Assembly: GCA_045652465.1 (NCBI GenBank)
Contig: JAZRUI010000015.1
Coordinates: 104,445-168,444 of the forward strand
DNA: 64,000 bases
Direction: 5' to 3'
DNA from: Acutalibacteraceae bacterium
Lineage (GTDB): Bacteria; Bacillota; Clostridia; Oscillospirales; Acutalibacteraceae
This document shows positions 15,024-23,650 of this stretch, one piece after another. Each line of letters begins with the position of its first letter. The first letter of the stretch is position 1. Below the pieces are notes generated by a model. It searched no databases and was not told the DNA's origin. It was given only the letters and a program-made list of their open reading frames with translations. The translations under genes and the position numbers were made by a program.

Positions 15024-17753
15024 TTAGTCGATATCCTTGCCGCAGCCACGCTTATATTTCTTGCCGCTTCCGCAGGGGCAAAGCGCATTTTTGCCAACGG
15101 CGCCCTTTCCCTTAACGGTGCGGGATTCGCCTGTGGGAGCTGCGTTTTCTTCGGCAACCTTCTCGCGCTTGATTTCTTCATCGCGCTTAATGCGAACTGT
15201 TAAAACAAGCTTGGCAGTTTGCTCGCGAATTGCTTCGCTCATAGCGTTGAACATATCATAGCTTTCGTTGCGGTATTCAACAACGGGATTATGCTGTCCG
15301 TAGGCGCGAAGACCGATTCCGTTTTTGAGTTCATCCATATTGTCGATATGGTCCATCCAGTTACGGTCAACGCTGCGAAGAAGCATAACCTTCTCCATTT
15401 CATAAAGAAGTTCCTCGCCATATTCCAAAAGGCGCTTTTGCATAATGCTTTCGGCGCGCTCCTTGAGCATAGCGGCAACATCGGAGGCTTCGATTTTATC
15501 GAGCTCGGCGGCAGTATATTGGAAATCGTTTCCATCGCAAAGCCAGCCGAGGAAATATTCTCTAAGACCCGCGAGATTCCATTCATCGGCAAGGTCACTC
15601 GATAAATAGGTTGCAACGGTGCTGTCGATGGTGTCGGAAATCATCTTCATAACCATATTATGAACATTATCGTTATCTAAAACGGAGTTGCGCTGCTCAT
15701 AGATTAGCTCGCGCTGCTTGTTCATAACATCGTCGTATTCAAGAACGCTCTTACGAATGCCTGAATTTCGCTCTTCAACAGTCAGCTGCGCCGACTCAAG
15801 GGCATTTGTAACCATCTTGCTGGCAATGGGGGTGTTTTCATCGATTCCCATAGCGGTCATAATTCTAATCATACGCTCGCCGCTGAAGAGCCTTAAAAGG
15901 TCATCCTCAAGCGAGAGATAGAATTGGGTGTCGCCGGGGTCGCCTTGGCGTCCCGCGCGTCCGCGAAGCTGGTTATCAATTCGGCGCGAATCGTGGCGCT
16001 CGGTGCCTATAATGCAAAGTCCGCCCGCTGCGCGAACCTTTTCGGCTTCGGGGGCAATCTCTTCGCGGAATTTTTTATAAAGCTCGGCATAAAGCTCGCG
16101 AGCCTTTAAAACCTCGCTGTCATCGGTTTCGGCAAATCCTGTTGCCTCGGCTATGAGCTCATCGGTGTATTCAAGTTTTTTGAGCTCGGCCTTTGCGAGA
16201 TATTCGGCGTTACCGCCCAGCATAATATCGGTTCCGCGGCCCGCCATATTGGTTGCAATAGTAACGGCGCCGAACTTACCCGCTTGGGCAATAATCTCGG
16301 CTTCGCGCTCGTGATGCTTGGCGTTAAGAACATTGTGCTTAATTCCGCGGTGGCGAAGCTTTGCGCTCAACTCTTCGGATTTTTCGATAGTAACCGTACC
16401 AACCAAAACGGGCTGACCCTTTTGGTTGCATTCGATAATCTTTTCAATAATAGAGTTTATCTTGCCGTTTCTCGAACGGAAAATGAGGTCGGGTCCATCG
16501 TGGCGAATAACCTCCCTGTTCGAGGGGATAACAACAACATCAAGACCATATGTTCCGCCGAATTCGCCTGCTTCGGTTTCGGCAGTACCCGTCATACCCG
16601 AAAGCTTATCATAAAGGCGGAAATAGTTTTGGAATGTAATCGAAGCCAGCGTTTTGGATTCGTTTTCGATGTTAACGCCCTCTTTGGCTTCAATAGCCTG
16701 ATGCAGTCCCTCATTATAGCGGCGACCGAACATAAGTCGTCCCGTGAACTCATCAACGATGATAACCTGACCATCCTTAACAACATAGTCAACATCGCGC
16801 TGCATAATTCCGTGGGCGCGGATGGCTTGGTTGATATGGTGGGCGAGGGTGATATTCTCGGCATCGCTGAGGTTTTCAATGCCGAAAAATTCCTCAGCCT
16901 TTTTGGTTCCGCTGGCAGTGAGCGAGCAGGAACGAGCCTTTTCATCAATAATATAGTCGCCCTCGCGCTCATGTTGTTCGTTGATTTCCTTATCATTGTT
17001 CTGAACAATTTTAATAGCACGCAGGCCTCTTGCGAAGCGGTTTGCTTTAGTATAAAGCTCGGTTGATTTATCGCCTCTTCCCGAAATGATAAGAGGGGTT
17101 CTCGCCTCATCGATAAGAATTGAGTCAACCTCATCGACAATGGCAAAATAATGTCCGCGCTGAACTCGCTGCTCGCGGTAGAGCACCATGTTATCGCGCA
17201 AATAATCGAAGCCAAGCTCGTTGTTGGTGCAATAGGTTATATCGGCGGCATAAGCCTCGCGCTTTTCATCGCCCGACATACCATGAACGATAAGACCAAC
17301 CGAAAGACCCAAGAAACGATAGAGCTTGCCCATCCATTCCGAGTCGCGCTTTGCGAGGTAGTCATTAACCGTAACGATATGAACACCTTTGCCTGTCAGC
17401 GCGTTAAGATATGCGGGAAGGGTTGCAACAAGGGTTTTACCTTCGCCGGTGTGCATCTCGCTGATTCGACCCTGATGCAGCGCAATACCGCCCAAAATCT
17501 GAACGGGGAAGTGGCGCATATTAAGAACTCGGTCGCCCGCCTCGCGGCAGGTTGCGAATGCTTCGGGGAGGATGCTGTCAAGACTTTCGCCCAAAGCTAA
17601 ACGCTCGCGGAATTCATCGGTCTTGGCGCGAAGAGCCGCATCGCTTAAAGCTTTATATTCTTCTTCAAGCGCAAGAGTTGCCTCCTGCAGCGGTTTCATT
17701 CTTTTGATTTCTTTTTCGCTGTAATTGCCGAAAAGTTTTTTCATTAAACCCAT
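15024..17753 (-). CDS. secA: Preprotein translocase ATPase SecA
   Basis: Contains DEVDSILIDEARTPLIISG and a C-terminal CPCGSGKKYK. Start set at MGLMKKLFG (AGAGG RBS); the listed 17807 start adds 18 unlikely residues. Confidence 0.95.
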   Translation of the reverse strand: MGLMKKLFGNYSEKEIKRMKPLQEATLALEEEYKALSDAALRAKTDEFRERLALGESLDSILPEAFATCREAGDRVLNMRHFPVQILGGIALHQGRISEMHTGEGKTLVATLPAYLNALTGKGVHIVTVNDYLAKRDSEWMGKLYRFLGLSVGLIVHGMSGDEKREAYAADITYCTNNELGFDYLRDNMVLYREQRVQRGHYFAIVDEVDSILIDEARTPLIISGRGDKSTELYTKANRFARGLRAIKIVQNNDKEINEQHEREGDYIIDEKARSCSLTASGTKKAEEFFGIENLSDAENITLAHHINQAIRAHGIMQRDVDYVVKDGQVIIVDEFTGRLMFGRRYNEGLHQAIEAKEGVNIENESKTLASITFQNYFRLYDKLSGMTGTAETEAGEFGGTYGLDVVVIPSNREVIRHDGPDLIFRSRNGKINSIIEKIIECNQKGQPVLVGTVTIEKSEELSAKLRHRGIKHNVLNAKHHEREAEIIAQAGKFGAVTIATNMAGRGTDIMLGGNAEYLAKAELKKLEYTDELIAEATGFAETDDSEVLKARELYAELYKKFREEIAPEAEKVRAAGGLCIIGTERHDSRRIDNQLRGRAGRQGDPGDTQFYLSLEDDLLRLFSGERMIRIMTAMGIDENTPIASKMVTNALESAQLTVEERNSGIRKSVLEYDDVMNKQRELIYEQRNSVLDNDNVHNMVMKMISDTIDSTVATYLSSDLADEWNLAGLREYFLGWLCDGNDFQYTAAELDKIEASDVAAMLKERAESIMQKRLLEYGEELLYEMEKVMLLRSVDRNWMDHIDNMDELKNGIGLRAYGQHNPVVEYRNESYDMFNAMSEAIREQTAKLVLTVRIKRDEEIKREKVAEENAAPTGESRTVKGKGAVGKNALCPCGSGKKYKRGCGKDID

Positions 17754-17930
17754 AATTAAATGCCTCTTTTTAAAGGAATTAAACACCGAGCAACCATACT
17801 GCTCCATTATTTTCTATTATACCAAATATAAATATAAAAATAAAGAACAATTTATAAACAATAAATGCTGGCATAATCTCACTCTTGTAAAACGACAAAA
17901 TATTTGGTATAATAACAAAAAAATAGGGAG

Positions 17931-18350
17931 GTGGAAGTTATCCTGGGACTAGGTAAAGTTGCAAAAACCTTCTATAGCCGCCATTTTATAATGTATATAA
18001 TAATCGGCAGCTTCAACACCCTTAACACGGCGCTCATTTCGCTTTTGCTTTCGCTGATAATTTATGATTATCCCTCGAGCTATTTAGCCTTCGTTATATC
18101 CCTTTCAATCGGATATGTGCTTAATGCCAAGGTGAATTTCCATCATAAGCTGATGATAACGGAATATTTGAAGTTTATGTCTATCTATATTCCGCATTTC
18201 CTTATCTATGCAACCATTTCAACAATAGCCTTAAGCGTTTGGAATTTCCCGCCGTTTTGGGCAACCGTAACCGCTTCGGTTTCGGGTGCGCCGCTAACCT
18301 ATATCGTAATGCGATTCTTCGCATTCAGCAATAAAAAAGATGAAAAATAA
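17931..18350 (+). CDS. GtrA family membrane protein
   Basis: 139 aa with 4 predicted TM helices. Has the YIIIGSFNTLNTALISLLL pattern typical of GtrA-like proteins. The exact start is uncertain because the GGGAGG RBS abuts the GTG. Promoter TTGTAA-N17-TATAAT is upstream. Confidence 0.7.
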   Translation: MEVILGLGKVAKTFYSRHFIMYIIIGSFNTLNTALISLLLSLIIYDYPSSYLAFVISLSIGYVLNAKVNFHHKLMITEYLKFMSIYIPHFLIYATISTIALSVWNFPPFWATVTASVSGAPLTYIVMRFFAFSNKKDEK

Positions 18351-18386
18351 AAACCGTTCAAGCTTGTTGGCTCGAACGGTTTTTTA

Positions 18387-18575
18387 TTATGAAAATAATA
18401 AGCAGCCCTGCTTTTTGAACTCCTCAATCTTTTGATTCAGCAGCTCCTCGCTAACCTCGAAATGAGCCGCAACGCAACTCTTGCACATAAATTTTTCCGA
18501 TGCGCGGTTTATGAGTTTTTTATGAAGGGCTATTTCATCGCGGGTTAATTCTCGCCCGCATTTTAGGCAATTCAT
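18387..18575 (-). CDS. Small zinc-ribbon protein, function unknown
   Basis: 62 aa with CLKCG...CKSC. Its ATG overlaps the stop of the upstream alpha-galactosidase gene (TAATG). Confidence 0.55.
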   Translation of the reverse strand: MNCLKCGRELTRDEIALHKKLINRASEKFMCKSCVAAHFEVSEELLNQKIEEFKKQGCLLFS

Positions 18576-19711
18576 TAAAGCTCAACAACCTTTGCGCGGA
18601 AGATTTTGCAGCCGTGCGGCGGGATAAACTCGGAAAGATATTCGCCGCGAACATTCTTAATAACCTCGCCTGTGTAAAGCTCGTGAAGGTCAAGTCCGCG
18701 CTTGGTTGAAGCGTTAAGACCAACGCTGACAAGCGGCAAAAATCCCTTGCTCGGGGCATCGTTTAGGTTGAACATCGCGATGGCAATATCGCCGTTTTCG
18801 AGGTTTCTAACCCAAACCTCCGCGTGGGAATCCGAGCAGCCGATGCCATCGATTTTATAGGGCTGACTGCATTGGCTGTCGCAGCAAATATCAATAATCT
18901 CTTTGTTTTTGAGAATGCGAAGGGCGCTGTCATCGATTTTGCGAATATCGCAGCCAATCATTAAGGGAGAAGCGAACATAGACCACATTGCGAAATGGGT
19001 CTTATATTCATCCTCGTTGCAGCCGCCCAAGGCGCAAAAGCCTTCGCCGTTCATGCCGATAACCAGCATATCCATATCGTTATAGCAGGAGGGCGAGCAA
19101 TAGGGAATAGCCTCGCGCTGGAGCTCGAAAATTCCTAAAATGGATTTCCAGTTATCGCGAATATCGTTGCTGCTGCGCCAAATGTGCGCGCCTGTTTCCT
19201 TTATCCATTCCTTGCTGTTTTCGGCGCCCCAGTTGCAGGCGCTGAAGAGAATATCCCTGCCGCAGTTAGCAAGCGCCAAAGCCATTCTCTTATAAAGCAG
19301 GTCGCCCTTTTCGGTGATGGGCTTGAAGCAATAGTCGTATTTTAAGTAGTCAACGCCCCATTCGGCAAAGGTCTCGGCATCGATAAACTCATGCTCAAAC
19401 GAGCCGGGATAATCCGCGCAGGTGCGATTGCCAACGCAGGAATAAATGCCAAACTTGAGTCCTTTAGAGTGAACATAATCGGCAACAGCCTTAATTCCGT
19501 TCGGGAATTTTTCGCGATGGGGAACAAGGCGACCGTTTTCATCGCGCTGCTTTTCAGCCCAGCAGTCATCAATAACAACATAGTTGTAGCCTGCGTCTAA
19601 AAGACCGAGCTCGATGATTTTATCGGCGGTGCGACGGATAAGCTCATCGCTTATATTCTCGCCAAAGGTGTTCCATGTGTTAAATCCAAGCGGGGGATGG
19701 GTTACTTTCAT
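18575..19711 (-). CDS. Alpha-galactosidase, glycoside hydrolase family 27
   Basis: Contains PPLGFNTWNTF, YNYVVIDDCW, GLKFGIY and YLKYDYC, hallmark GH27 motifs. Confidence 0.85.
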   Translation of the reverse strand: MKVTHPPLGFNTWNTFGENISDELIRRTADKIIELGLLDAGYNYVVIDDCWAEKQRDENGRLVPHREKFPNGIKAVADYVHSKGLKFGIYSCVGNRTCADYPGSFEHEFIDAETFAEWGVDYLKYDYCFKPITEKGDLLYKRMALALANCGRDILFSACNWGAENSKEWIKETGAHIWRSSNDIRDNWKSILGIFELQREAIPYCSPSCYNDMDMLVIGMNGEGFCALGGCNEDEYKTHFAMWSMFASPLMIGCDIRKIDDSALRILKNKEIIDICCDSQCSQPYKIDGIGCSDSHAEVWVRNLENGDIAIAMFNLNDAPSKGFLPLVSVGLNASTKRGLDLHELYTGEVIKNVRGEYLSEFIPPHGCKIFRAKVVEL

Positions 19712-19883
19712 AAAAATGCCTCCTGCAATAAATTGTTAGTTGCAATATATCATAAAATGCGGTAAAATGTGGAATATAAAGTTGCAAGTTTTTCTATAAT
19801 GCAATAAATTGTTGGGTGGTGCGATAAAATTGCCGAGCGCAAAAATCAGTTATTATTATAAAAAGAATTTTGCCGATTTCAAA

Positions 19884-20633
19884 ATGGAGCAAATGCATAT
19901 CCATGAAAAAGGCAATTTTGAAATAATGTTTGTTCGCTCGGGAAAGTGCATCGTTTCGGTGCCCGATGAGCAGCTATCCTTAAGCGAAGGGCATTTTGTC
20001 CTGCTCGGAAATTGTTGCCCCCATTCGCTTTCGGCAGTTTCGGCTCAAATTTTGAATATTGAGTTTTATATAAATATGGGCGGCAGCGATATAACCTCGG
20101 TTTTCGAGGAATGCCCCGCGCTAACGGAGCTTTTCTCCAAATCCGCTGTGCTGCTTGCGGATAAGAGCGAGGTTTGCTCGGCGCTTTTATCGCTTATCGA
20201 TGAGCTTCGCGAAAACGGAGAGGGGCTATGCTCCGATTTGCTCTTCAGCCGATTGCTCATTGAACTTTCGCGTTCTTTTTTGCGCGCCGATGATGATGGC
20301 AGCGCATATGTTGCGGCGGCTCGCGATTATATAAAACGGCATTTTTGCGAGAAACTGCCCGTTTCCGAAATCGCTTCGGCGGTTGGGCTTAACCGCTCGT
20401 ATTTGCAAACCTTGTTTAAGAAAATAACCGGCAAAACCATTTTGGAATATATAAATTCCTTGCGAATCGAAAAGGCTTGTTTTATAATGAAAAATACCGA
20501 TTTGCCCGTGGTTGATATAGCCGCCGATTGCGGCTTTTCGTCCCGCCAGCATTTTATGTATATCTTCAAAAAGCAAACGGGTCTAACCGCAAGGCAATAC
20601 CGAACAGGACGTGTAAACTATGAACAAAACTAA
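19884..20633 (+). CDS. AraC family transcriptional regulator (cupin N-domain + HTH)
   Basis: C-terminal AraC HTH (SEIASAVGLNRSYLQTLFKK...FSSRQHFMYIFKKQTGLTARQYR). Divergent from the alpha-galactosidase gene. Start uncertain: ATG 19884, or TTG 19809 as listed. Confidence 0.8.
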   Translation: MEQMHIHEKGNFEIMFVRSGKCIVSVPDEQLSLSEGHFVLLGNCCPHSLSAVSAQILNIEFYINMGGSDITSVFEECPALTELFSKSAVLLADKSEVCSALLSLIDELRENGEGLCSDLLFSRLLIELSRSFLRADDDGSAYVAAARDYIKRHFCEKLPVSEIASAVGLNRSYLQTLFKKITGKTILEYINSLRIEKACFIMKNTDLPVVDIAADCGFSSRQHFMYIFKKQTGLTARQYRTGRVNYEQN

Positions 20634-21516
20634 AATTGCAAGAATAAAAATAATAACATCAATGGTAATTTTCGGCACGCTGGGTCTCTTCACCAAGCCG
20701 ATATCCCTGCCTTCATCCCTGCTTGCATCGGCGCGCGGATTTATCGGCGTTGCCTTTTTGCTCATCTTTATGATGCTTCGCGGCGAAAAAATGAGCAAGG
20801 AAGAGTTCAAAAGCAATGCCTTTTGGCTCTTGATTTCGGGAGCGGCTATTGGATTTAATTGGATTTTCCTCTTTGAGGGATATAAATACACAGGCATCCC
20901 AACCGCAACGCTATGCTATTATCTTGCCCCCGCGATGGTGGTTTTCTTTTCGCCCTTGGTGCTTCGCGAGCGCATTAACGGAATAAAACTCGGAGCCGCG
21001 CTGGTGGCAATGCTTGGAATGATTCCCGTTTCGGGAGTTTTGTCAGGCGGCGATAGCAATCCTCGCGGAATCGCCTTCGGTCTTGCGGCGGCGCTTTTAT
21101 ATGCTTCGGTAATTTTAATGAACAAAAAAATGCCCGATATCTCGGCCTATACCAAAACCGTTGCCCAGCTTTTGGCGGCGGCTGTGGTTGTTTTGCCCTA
21201 TGCGATTTTAACCGAGGATTTATCGGCGCTCTCGCTCGATTCAACCGATATTCTCTTAACGGTTGCAGTCGGCATCCTTCATACCGGCGTTGCCTATGCG
21301 CTTTATTTCAGCGCGATGGGCAAACTTCCCGCCCAAACAACCGCGCTCCTGAGCTATATAGACCCCGCTTTTGTTGTCTTTATTTCGGCGGCCGCGGCGG
21401 CGATTTTGCCCTCGGTTTACACCTCCGAAAGCTTGAGTCTTACAACCGTTTTGGGCGCCGTTCTTATCATCGGCAGCTCGCTCTTCGCCGAGTATTTCAC
21501 ATCGAGGGAAAAATAA
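20620..21516 (+). CDS. DMT-superfamily transporter (EamA family)
   Basis: 298 aa with about 10 TM helices and two EamA-like halves. Confidence 0.75.
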   Translation: MNKTKIARIKIITSMVIFGTLGLFTKPISLPSSLLASARGFIGVAFLLIFMMLRGEKMSKEEFKSNAFWLLISGAAIGFNWIFLFEGYKYTGIPTATLCYYLAPAMVVFFSPLVLRERINGIKLGAALVAMLGMIPVSGVLSGGDSNPRGIAFGLAAALLYASVILMNKKMPDISAYTKTVAQLLAAAVVVLPYAILTEDLSALSLDSTDILLTVAVGILHTGVAYALYFSAMGKLPAQTTALLSYIDPAFVVFISAAAAAILPSVYTSESLSLTTVLGAVLIIGSSLFAEYFTSREK

Positions 21517-21624
21517 CCGTTTTTATGACAAAATTGAAATAAAATTGTAACCCCTTTGAAATCGCATTTTACGGTATATGGGTATATACTGTATTTGTAA
21601 GATATTTAAAGGTGGTGAACGGTT

Positions 21625-22188
21625 GTGATTAAATTGCTTGCGGAGTTTTTTGCGCTCATTTTTATGCTTATTTTGCCCTCCTCGGCAACCACAGCCGAAA
21701 TAGAGCCGCAAATGGCATCCGAAACCATCGTTTTAGCTGATGATGAGGCGGTTTATTCCCATCAAAGCGAGGGCGTTATGCTCGCTCGTTTTGAAAATAT
21801 TTTGAATCATAATTATTGCTTCGGCGATGATTTTTTATCTAGCGATAGTTTAATCTCGGGCGCAGCCGTTTCGCTTATAAACCTTTGCGAGGATGGCTTT
21901 ATTCCCGCCGATGCCGTTGATGAATTCGTTTATAATATGTATGGCAAAACTTTCGAAGAGGTTACCCTGTCGAGCGGCGGCTACTATTCCGTTTTGCCCC
22001 GCGGCTTCGATGTTTATCGCCACACTGTGACCGATTATTCTTATTTAGGCGATGGAAGAATCGCCGTTACCTCCTCGGTTTTAATAAATCCCGATGGCGA
22101 GAGCGAAACCGCTGTTTGCGAGAGCGTTTTCTTCGCTGATGGCAGCAGCATTTTCGGCTATAACCTTCTTGAATGCAATATTAAATAA
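21625..22188 (+). CDS. Hypothetical secreted protein
   Basis: GTG start behind AAAGGTGGTGA. N-terminal signal-like LIFMLILPSSATTAE. No recognisable family. Confidence 0.5.
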   Translation: MIKLLAEFFALIFMLILPSSATTAEIEPQMASETIVLADDEAVYSHQSEGVMLARFENILNHNYCFGDDFLSSDSLISGAAVSLINLCEDGFIPADAVDEFVYNMYGKTFEEVTLSSGGYYSVLPRGFDVYRHTVTDYSYLGDGRIAVTSSVLINPDGESETAVCESVFFADGSSIFGYNLLECNIK

Positions 22189-22422
22189 TAAAAAGTGAAA
22201 ACACCCCGCCAAACGGCAGGGTGTTTTCTTTTTTAGGGGTTTGAGGAGTGGTCTTTTAAAGACCAAGGTGGAAAGATGAGTGCGGCTCTCTTCTTTCCGT
22301 GAGTTTATAATAACCCATAAATTTTATTAATTTGTGAACATATTTTAAAACAAAAATTAACTTTTTAAAATTTGAATATTATCATATCAAAATGCCAAAC
22401 ATAATTGCGGGGTGTTAAAGAT

Positions 22423-23136
22423 ATGAAATATTCAAAACATAAAAACGAACAACCATTTTTAAAGGGCAAGGGCTTTTATCTTGTGTTGGCGGCAACCATC
22501 GCGGCGCTCGGAATCGCAGCATGGTCAGCGGCAGCAACCATTGAATCGGTGGATGACGGCGCATCTTCATCCAACATTTCATCCATAGAGCCCGCGCCGC
22601 AAAACTCAAGCAGCGTGCCGCAGGCAACCGAGCAGGCGGGTCAAAATGTTAGCGATGTTTCGGATAACCGAGATAATCCCTCGAGCGAAAAACCGATTTC
22701 GAGCAAACCCGAATCGGGCAGCCTTAAGGGCGCGGCGATAACCATGCCGTTTTCGGGCAGCATCGGCAAAAACTTTAGCGATAAAACGCTGCAGTATAGC
22801 AAAACCTATGGCGATATGCGGTTGCATCTCGGAATCGATTTGCAGGCCGAAGAGGGAACCAAGGTTGTAGCCATGGCGAAGGGAACGGTTGAGAAGGTAA
22901 CCGATGATGCGCTTTATGGCAAAACCGTTGTTATCAACCATTTCGGCTATAGCGTTCATTATTCGGGACTTAAGAATATAACCGTAACCGAAGGGGAGAG
23001 CGTTGAATCGGGCGTCAAGGTTGGCGAAATCGGCGTTGTTCCCTGCGAGCGCGAGGACAAATCCCATATTCATTTCACCGCCATGAAGGACGGCAAATAT
23101 GTTTCTCCAACCGAGCTTTTGGCGCTGATGAAATAA
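22423..23136 (+). CDS. Membrane-anchored M23/LytM-domain metallopeptidase (SpoIIQ-like architecture)
   Basis: N-terminal TM helix, Ser-rich linker, and a LytM domain with HLGID (HxxxD) and SHIHF (HxH). Confidence 0.75.
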   Translation: MKYSKHKNEQPFLKGKGFYLVLAATIAALGIAAWSAAATIESVDDGASSSNISSIEPAPQNSSSVPQATEQAGQNVSDVSDNRDNPSSEKPISSKPESGSLKGAAITMPFSGSIGKNFSDKTLQYSKTYGDMRLHLGIDLQAEEGTKVVAMAKGTVEKVTDDALYGKTVVINHFGYSVHYSGLKNITVTEGESVESGVKVGEIGVVPCEREDKSHIHFTAMKDGKYVSPTELLALMK

Positions 23137-23171
23137 AAAAGACCACGGAGTTTTGCTCCGTGGCTTTTTTT
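23135..23171. terminator. Bidirectional terminator between the M23 peptidase gene and mscL
   Basis: AAAAAA-GACCACGGAG-TTTTG-CTCCGTGGC-TTTTTTT. Confidence 0.85.
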
Positions 23172-23173
23172 AA

Positions 23174-23581
23174 TTACTTATTCTTTAAAAGGTCGCGAAT
23201 TTCGGCGAGGAGTTCAGCCTCGGTCGGTGCGGGAGGAGCGGCAGGAGCTGCTTCAGCAGCCTCTTCTTCCTCTTTGCGGGTCAACTTTTCGGCGGTTTCT
23301 CTAACCTTGCCGATAACGGTTATCATAACGAAAATCGAAGCGGCAATAATAAAGAAATCAAGAATAGCCTGCAAGAATGCACCATAGGAAACAACGGCAT
23401 CCTTAACCTTGAAGTTTAAAGCGGAAAGGTCGTTACCGCCGGTTAGGATTCCAACGAGAGGCATAATAATGCAGTCAACTAATTTGCTGACAATATCCTT
23501 GAAGGCAGCACCGATAACAACGCCGACAGCCAGGTCAAGCACATTGCCCTGAAATGCGAACTGTTTGAATTTTTTCCACAT
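23174..23581 (-). CDS. mscL: Large-conductance mechanosensitive channel
   Basis: Begins MWKKFKQFAFQGNVLDLAVGVVIGAAF, the typical MscL N-terminus; 135 aa. Confidence 0.92.
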   Translation of the reverse strand: MWKKFKQFAFQGNVLDLAVGVVIGAAFKDIVSKLVDCIIMPLVGILTGGNDLSALNFKVKDAVVSYGAFLQAILDFFIIAASIFVMITVIGKVRETAEKLTRKEEEEAAEAAPAAPPAPTEAELLAEIRDLLKNK

Positions 23582-23650
23582 AAATAAAAACTCCTTTATT
23601 TATTTGTTAATACCATAATACATTAAAATTGCACATTGTTCAAGTAAAAA

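Noticed and set aside
22189-22422. A 234-nt intergenic region with several small hairpins upstream of the M23 peptidase gene, considered as a c-di-AMP (ydaO-type) or other riboswitch.
   Set aside because: The first hairpin plus T-tract is the terminator of the upstream gene. The rest is AT-rich, with no conserved riboswitch core that I can recognise. A cmsearch would be needed to overturn this.
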